Positions 58,772 to 64,000 of a DNA stretch of 64,000 nucleotides are shown here, piece by piece. This stretch comes from an uncultured Solirubrobacterales bacterium (GTDB lineage: Bacteria > Actinomycetota > Thermoleophilia > Solirubrobacterales > Solirubrobacteraceae), in NCBI GenBank assembly GCA_963792735.1, contig CAWBXK010000008.1:14306-78305 (forward strand), written 5' to 3'. Every line of letters begins with the position of its first letter. The stretch's first letter is position 1. The notes under the pieces are model-generated. The model saw nothing but the letters and a program-made list of their open reading frames with translations. It made no database searches and was not told the DNA's origin. Both the position numbers and the translations under genes were made by a program.

Positions 58772-58781
58772 GTGAGGGACG

Positions 58782-59435
58782 ATGGCGATTGCGATCCTCG
58801 ATATCGACGGCACGCTGGTGGACACCAACTACCACCACGTGATCGCGTGGGCCCGGGCCTTCGAGCAGTACGAGATCGTGCTGGCGCTGTGGCGCGTGCA
58901 CCGTCACATCGGAATGGGCGGCGACCAGGTCGTGGCCGCCCTGTGCGGCGACGAGGTGGAGAACGAGCTCGGCGACGACATCCGTGCCGCGGAGGGCGAG
59001 CGCTACCGCGAGCTGATCGACGAGGTGAAGACGATGGAGGGAGCGCGTGAGCTGATCGTCGCGCTCAAGGAGCGTGATCACGCGGTCGTGCTCGCGAGCT
59101 CGGCCAAGCAGGACGAGGCCGACCACTATCTGGACCTGCTCGACGCCCGCTCGCTCGCTGACGCCTGGACCACGTCGGCTGACGTGGAGGAGACCAAGCC
59201 CGCCCCGGACCTGGTCCGAGCCGCATTGAAGCGGGTCGAGAACCATCCCGGCCCGGCGGTCATGGTCGGCGACACGCCGTGGGACGTCAAGGCGGCGGCC
59301 GCGGCCGATGTGCAGACCATCGCCGTGGTCACGGGGGGTTTTGCCTCGCAGGAGCTGCGCGACGCCGGCGCCGCCGCGGTGTTCGAGTCGGTGGCGGAGC
59401 TGTGCGAACGGCTCGAGGAGACGCCGCTGCGCTGA
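58782..59435 (+). CDS. HAD-family hydrolase
   Basis: LDIDGTLVD, LASS, KPAPD, MVGDTPWD. Confidence 0.93.
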   Translation: MAIAILDIDGTLVDTNYHHVIAWARAFEQYEIVLALWRVHRHIGMGGDQVVAALCGDEVENELGDDIRAAEGERYRELIDEVKTMEGARELIVALKERDHAVVLASSAKQDEADHYLDLLDARSLADAWTTSADVEETKPAPDLVRAALKRVENHPGPAVMVGDTPWDVKAAAAADVQTIAVVTGGFASQELRDAGAAAVFESVAELCERLEETPLR

Positions 59436-59559
59436 CGGAGGGGCCTGGACGTGCGGAAGGTGGTGGCAGGGGATCGCTGGACAGATGGCCAAGGCACGCC
59501 GGTGCCGTGGCGGGCTTAATGTCCAGGTGAGCGAAACCGCCCAACCATGCGAGAGCTCC

Positions 59560-60717
59560 ATGGACGCCCCGACGTGGTCTGAGTGGGTTCCGTCGCGGCC
59601 GTTCTCGGTCGGTTTGGAGGAGGAGGTGATGCTCCTGGCGCCCGATCACGACTGGGCTCTGGCCCAGCGTTCCGACGACGTCCTGCCGGCGCTGTCCCCC
59701 GAGTTGGCCGAGCACGTCTCGGCGGAGACCCACAGCTCGGTCATCGAGCTCGCCACCTTCCCCCACCCGGACGTTGAGAGTGTCGCCGAGCAGGCGGGGC
59801 GGCTGCGCGCGCGCCTCGCCGACGAGCTGGGCCCGATGGGGCTGCGGGCCGCCTGCGCCGGAACCCACCCCCGCGCGGTATGGACCGAGATCGTGGTCTC
59901 GGCCGGAGACCGCTACCAGGAGGTCCACGCGGCGATGCGGGAACTGGCCCGGCGGGAGCCGACGCTGGGACTGCACGTCCACATCGGGGTGGACGACCCG
60001 GAAGCCGCCATCTCTCTGCACAACCGGCTGCGCGCCCACCTGCCGTTGCTGCTGGCGCTGTCGGCCAACTCCCCGTTCTGGCAGGGCCGCGACACCGGGT
60101 TGGCCTCGGCGCGGACGCCGATCTTCCAGGCATTTCCGCGCGTCGGAATCCCGCGCGAATTTGACGACTACCAGGACTACGTGGAAACGGTCGACCGGCT
60201 CCTGCGCTGCGGCGCGTTCCCGGATCCCACCTACCTGTGGTGGGACATCAGGCCACAGCCGCGGTTCGGGACAGTCGAGGTACGGATCATGGACGTGCAG
60301 CTCAACCCCACCGACACGCGAGCGCTGGTCGCCCTCGTGCAGTCCATCGCCTATCTGGAGCTCGAGGAGGGTTATCACTCCAGCGATCTGGCCGGGGGAG
60401 CCGAGGTCCTGGCCGAGAACCGCTTCCTGGCCTCACGGGATGGCATGCAGGCGCGGCTGATCGACGCGGTCAACGAGGAACAGGTGCCGGCGCTGACGGC
60501 GGTCGGGCGTCTGATCGACGCGACCCGGCCCTATGCCGAGGTGCTCGGTTGCGTGGAGGCGCTCGAGAGCGTGGCGGCCCTGGCCCGCGAGACCGGGGCC
60601 TCGCGCCAGCGCCAGGTCCGGGACGACTGCGGCGCGATGGCGTCGGTGGCGCGGTACCTGGCCGACGACTTCAGCGCCCCGTTCGGGCGCGGCACGAGCC
60701 GACCGGACCATCGCTGA
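59560..60717 (+). CDS. ybdK: Second YbdK/GCS2 carboxylate-amine ligase
   Basis: FSVGLEEEVMLL, AGTHP, GLHVHIG, ANSPFWQGRDTGLASAR, WWDIRPQPRFGTVEVRIMD; start uncertain. Confidence 0.9.
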   Translation: MDAPTWSEWVPSRPFSVGLEEEVMLLAPDHDWALAQRSDDVLPALSPELAEHVSAETHSSVIELATFPHPDVESVAEQAGRLRARLADELGPMGLRAACAGTHPRAVWTEIVVSAGDRYQEVHAAMRELARREPTLGLHVHIGVDDPEAAISLHNRLRAHLPLLLALSANSPFWQGRDTGLASARTPIFQAFPRVGIPREFDDYQDYVETVDRLLRCGAFPDPTYLWWDIRPQPRFGTVEVRIMDVQLNPTDTRALVALVQSIAYLELEEGYHSSDLAGGAEVLAENRFLASRDGMQARLIDAVNEEQVPALTAVGRLIDATRPYAEVLGCVEALESVAALARETGASRQRQVRDDCGAMASVARYLADDFSAPFGRGTSRPDHR

Positions 60718-60719
60718 GG

Positions 60720-61238
60720 TCAGGCCCGGTCTCCGAGCCGGCGGCGCGACAGCGCGATCTCGTCCAGCGCCTGCGCCCGGGAGCGCCAGCCGCCGATCTG
60801 GACCGACTTGTCCGCCTCCAGCTCCTTGTAGATCGAGAAGAACTGCTCTATCTCCTGCCGTAGCAGCAGCGGAAGCTCCTCGACCTCCTCGTAGTGATTC
60901 CAGTACGGATCGTGCAGCGGGACACAGAGGATCTTGTCGTCAGAGCCCTTCTCGTCGCTCATCACGAACATCCCGATCGGCTGGACCGGAATCAGGCAGC
61001 CGGGGAACGTGGGCTCGGTCAGGCACACCAGTGCGTCGAGCTCATCGCCATCGGCCCCCAACGTCCCGCGCAGGTAGCCGTAGTCGGTCGGATAGGTGGC
61101 GGCGCTCATCAGCAGGCGGTCGAACTTGATTCCTCCCAGCTCGGCGTCGTACTCGTACTTGTTGCGAGTTCCCTTGGGGATCTCGACGACGCAGAGGAAG
61201 GCGTGCTCTTCCTCCACGGGATCCGGGTCACCGCTCAT
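60720..61238 (-). CDS. ppa: Inorganic pyrophosphatase (family I)
   Basis: EIPKGTRNKYE, YPTDYGY, DGDELD, DDKILCV. Confidence 0.93.
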   Translation of the reverse strand: MSGDPDPVEEEHAFLCVVEIPKGTRNKYEYDAELGGIKFDRLLMSAATYPTDYGYLRGTLGADGDELDALVCLTEPTFPGCLIPVQPIGMFVMSDEKGSDDKILCVPLHDPYWNHYEEVEELPLLLRQEIEQFFSIYKELEADKSVQIGGWRSRAQALDEIALSRRRLGDRA

Positions 61239-61251
61239 CTGATCATCTGTC

Positions 61252-61276
61252 GCTATTAAAGCCGCAACCGGGGGTA
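61252..61276 (+). promoter_or_regulatory. SigB/SigF-type promoter candidate
   Basis: GCTA-N16-GGGTA, 10 nt before ATG 61287; -35 match is weak. Confidence 0.45.
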
Positions 61277-61286
61277 ACCGGGAGCC

Positions 61287-62255
61287 ATGACCCAATTCGG
61301 ATACACGATGATGTGCGAGCAGGCCCCGCCCGACCAGCTCGTGCGAGACGTTCAGCGGGCCGAGGCGGCCGGCTTTGAGTTCTCGGTCATCAGCGACCAC
61401 TTCCAGCCGTGGCTGGCCGAGCAGGGGCATTCCGGCTACGCCTGGTCGATCCTCGGAGCCGCGGCTCAGGCCACCGAGACGATCGGCCTGATGACCTACG
61501 TCACCTGCCCGACGCTGCGCTATCACCCCGCGATCGTGGCCCAGAAGGCCGCCACCATGCAGATCCTGTCGGCAAACCGCTTCCGCCTCGGGCTCGGAGC
61601 CGGCGAGAACCTCAACGAGCACGTCGTCGGCAAGCGATGGCCGGCGGTGGGTGTCCGCCACGAGATGCTGAGCGAGGCGGTCGACATCATCGCCGCGCTG
61701 TTCGACAGCGACGGCAGCGTGAACTTCCGTGGCCGTCACTTCGACGTCGAGCAGGCCAAGCTGTGGGATCGGCCCGAGCAGCGTGTCCCGATCGGGCTCG
61801 CGGTCTCAGGCCCGAGCTCGTGCCACCTGGCCGGGAGCAAGACGGATCTGATGATCGCCACCGAGCCCAAACCCGAGCTCGGCGAGTGGTTCGACGCCGC
61901 GGGCGGTAGCGGCAAGCCGCGGGTGGGCCAGATCGCGCTCGCCTACGATCCCGACCGCGAGGCGGCCGTCCAGCGCGCCCACGAGCAGTTCCGGTGGTTC
62001 GGGCTCGGCTGGAAGGTCAACGCCGATCTCCCCAATCCGGAGTCGTTTGAAGGCGCGACCCAGTTCGTCACGCCCGATCAGGTCGCCGAGCAGCTCGCCT
62101 GCGGTCCCGACGTCGACGAACACGTCGCGAAGATCAAGCCGTTTGTCGACGCCGGGTTCACCGAGGTGGCGCTGGTCCAGATCGGTGAGGCCCAGCAGGA
62201 GCAGTTCATCTCGTGGGCCGAACGCGAGCTGCTTCCGGCACTGAGGTCGTTGTGA
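61287..62255 (+). CDS. F420-dependent LLM-class oxidoreductase (G6PDH-like subfamily)
   Basis: MCEQAPPDQLV, ISDHFQPW, YHPAIVAQKAAT, LGLGAGENLNEH. Confidence 0.9.
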   Translation: MTQFGYTMMCEQAPPDQLVRDVQRAEAAGFEFSVISDHFQPWLAEQGHSGYAWSILGAAAQATETIGLMTYVTCPTLRYHPAIVAQKAATMQILSANRFRLGLGAGENLNEHVVGKRWPAVGVRHEMLSEAVDIIAALFDSDGSVNFRGRHFDVEQAKLWDRPEQRVPIGLAVSGPSSCHLAGSKTDLMIATEPKPELGEWFDAAGGSGKPRVGQIALAYDPDREAAVQRAHEQFRWFGLGWKVNADLPNPESFEGATQFVTPDQVAEQLACGPDVDEHVAKIKPFVDAGFTEVALVQIGEAQQEQFISWAERELLPALRSL

Positions 62256-62257
62256 CG

Positions 62258-63208
62258 TCAACCCGTCCGGTCATCGGCGAGCAGGCGGTCCTCCTCGCTG
62301 ACCTCCTCGTTGGGCGCGTCGGGATGCGCGGACGAGGCAGGGGGGATCCAGGGCCGGGCGATCACCAGCCACGCCAGCGCGGCTCCCAGCAGCGTCGCGC
62401 AGAGGATCCAGCCCAGAGCGGTCGTATCGACGCCGACGTACTTGAGCCCTGAGGCGAAGATCACGAAGGCGATGGCGGGGCGGACGTAGCGATCGGGCAC
62501 GCGTGAGGACAGCAGCGAGCCGACCAGCACGGCGGGAACGCTGCCGAGGATCAGCGACCCGGTGACGGCGAACTCCACGTGTCCGAACGCGAGCGCTCCC
62601 AGCGCCGCCGCCATGGTCAGCGGCACCGCCTGGGTCAGGTCGGTCCCGACCAGCTGATTGGCGCCGAGGGTGGGGTAGATGAACAGCAGGCCGATGATCA
62701 TCAGCGACCCGGAGCCGACCGAGGTGATCCCCACGATGATGCCGCCCACGACGCCGATCGCCAGCGTGAGCAGCGGGCGGGGATGCACGTCTGTGACGTA
62801 GGCCGTGCGGCGATGACCTCCCCTGCGGTCCAGCACGAAGCGCAGCGCCATCGCGCCGGCTCCGATCAGCAGCGCGACGCCGAGGAAGACCTCGATCTTG
62901 TTCTCGGCCGCCTTGGCGTTGCCGAGCAGGTGCAGCAGGTACGCACCCAGGAAGGCCGACGGGACCGATCCCAGCACCATCCAGCGCACCAGCTTCAGGT
63001 TGACCGTACCGGCGCGCATGTGGACGGCAGCCCCGATCGGCCGCATCACGACCGCGGCGACGAGGTCACTGGAGATCGCGGTCGATGGTTTGACCCCGAA
63101 CAGGAGGATCAGCATCGGCGTCATCAGCGCTCCGCCGCCAGCCCCGGTCATGCCGACCAGCAGGCCGATGATCGCGCTCCCCAGGACGATGTATGGATCG
63201 ATGTGCAC
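62258..63208 (-). CDS. Sulfite exporter TauE/SafE family membrane protein
   Basis: GLLVGMTGAGGGALMTP, VGITSVGSGS, LVGTDLTQA. Confidence 0.9.
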   Translation of the reverse strand: MHIDPYIVLGSAIIGLLVGMTGAGGGALMTPMLILLFGVKPSTAISSDLVAAVVMRPIGAAVHMRAGTVNLKLVRWMVLGSVPSAFLGAYLLHLLGNAKAAENKIEVFLGVALLIGAGAMALRFVLDRRGGHRRTAYVTDVHPRPLLTLAIGVVGGIIVGITSVGSGSLMIIGLLFIYPTLGANQLVGTDLTQAVPLTMAAALGALAFGHVEFAVTGSLILGSVPAVLVGSLLSSRVPDRYVRPAIAFVIFASGLKYVGVDTTALGWILCATLLGAALAWLVIARPWIPPASSAHPDAPNEEVSEEDRLLADDRTG

Positions 63209-63212
63209 GTGT

Positions 63213-63992
63213 TCAGCGGCCGGACGGGGCGTCTGGACGCTCGCCGGGCGCTTTCGCGCTCTCGTGTGCGTCCGGCAGCTCACCGGGTGGATGGCCGGAG
63301 AGTAGCCATCCTTCGCCCACAGAGCGAACCAGCCCGCGCCGGGCGAGATCCGACAGGGCGCTGGTGACCGTGGGCCGGCGCGCCGCGACCAGGTCGGAGA
63401 GGATCGTGTGGGTCAGCCGCAACGGGACCAGCACCCCGTCGCTGCGCACCCGGCCCCAACGTCCCGCCAGATGCCACAGCAGCATGTGCAGGCGGATGTC
63501 CACGCGGGCCTGGTGCACGATTGCCAGGTTGACGATCAGCTGCCGCGAACGTCCCACGGCGCGGGCCAAAAGCCGCCCCGGGAGCTGCGGGAACTGCGCC
63601 ACCTGTCGCATGAAACGCTCGTCGAGCACCGCCACCCGGGACGGCTCGAGCACCAGCCACGCGCTGGTCGCGGACAACGTGGCCGAATCACGATCGGGAG
63701 TGGGGGGCCTCAGCACATCGCCCTCGCCGATTATCTCGGCGCCGAACCGCCGGTCGATCCCGATGCGGTGGATCAGGACGCCCTCCAGCACGAGCAGCCC
63801 GACGACGCCATCCAGCGACGGCGGGCGCTCGCGACGCCACGAGCCCGCCGGCAGACTGATCTCGCGCGCGACACAGGCTTCCAGCGCCTGCTGGCGGCGC
63901 TCGGGATCGATCGCCTCGGCCAGCTCCGGGTCCTCGCGCAGGACGTAGCAGGCGTTCGGGCTGGGGCGCGGCACCGTGCTCATCACGGGCAC
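63213..63992 (-). CDS. Crp/Fnr-family transcriptional regulator
   Basis: LLVLEG...AEIIGEGDVL; C-terminal LRLTHTILSDLVAARRPTVTSALSDL HTH. Confidence 0.88.
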   Translation of the reverse strand: MPVMSTVPRPSPNACYVLREDPELAEAIDPERRQQALEACVAREISLPAGSWRRERPPSLDGVVGLLVLEGVLIHRIGIDRRFGAEIIGEGDVLRPPTPDRDSATLSATSAWLVLEPSRVAVLDERFMRQVAQFPQLPGRLLARAVGRSRQLIVNLAIVHQARVDIRLHMLLWHLAGRWGRVRSDGVLVPLRLTHTILSDLVAARRPTVTSALSDLARRGLVRSVGEGWLLSGHPPGELPDAHESAKAPGERPDAPSGR

Positions 63993-64000
63993 TCTGTCAG

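Noticed and set aside
1-64000. CRISPR arrays, transposases, integrases, prophage or anti-phage defence genes
   Set aside because: No regularly spaced repeats or such protein motifs seen. The STAND-LuxR protein has a typical regulator architecture, not an Avs-type effector.

Overview
High-GC actinobacterial DNA. The gene families suggest Thermoleophilia/Solirubrobacterales, but that assignment is an inference. About 60 protein-coding genes; I saw no rRNA, tRNA, CRISPR array or transposase. The left half (1-31 kb) is a mixed accessory/housekeeping region: a truncated YVTN beta-propeller protein, an HD-hydrolase/IHF-like fusion broken by a 1-nt frameshift, GH15 and GH79 glycosidases, a NiCoT plus Nur-like Fur pair, a STAND-LuxR regulator, an ECF sigma/anti-sigma pair, FtsH, AlkA and a split LigD. 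The right half contains two selenoprotein genes that the ORF track splits at in-frame TGA codons, each followed by a SECIS-like hairpin: a UGSC-motif protein (33340-33858) coupled to a thioredoxin-fold fusion partner, and a formate dehydrogenase alpha subunit (40077-43280). From about 33.9 to 62 kb lies an apparent general-stress island. It has a SigB/SigF-type sigma factor, anti-sigma and STAS partners, and a recurring GNNN-N15-17-GGGTA promoter motif in front of about ten transcription units. These units include the Sec-FDH operon, a GMC oxidoreductase cassette, small hydrophilic proteins, and an uncharacterised deacetylase/acyl-CoA dehydrogenase/methyltransferase/GT2-GpgS operon. All product calls come from motif recognition by eye; no database search was run.
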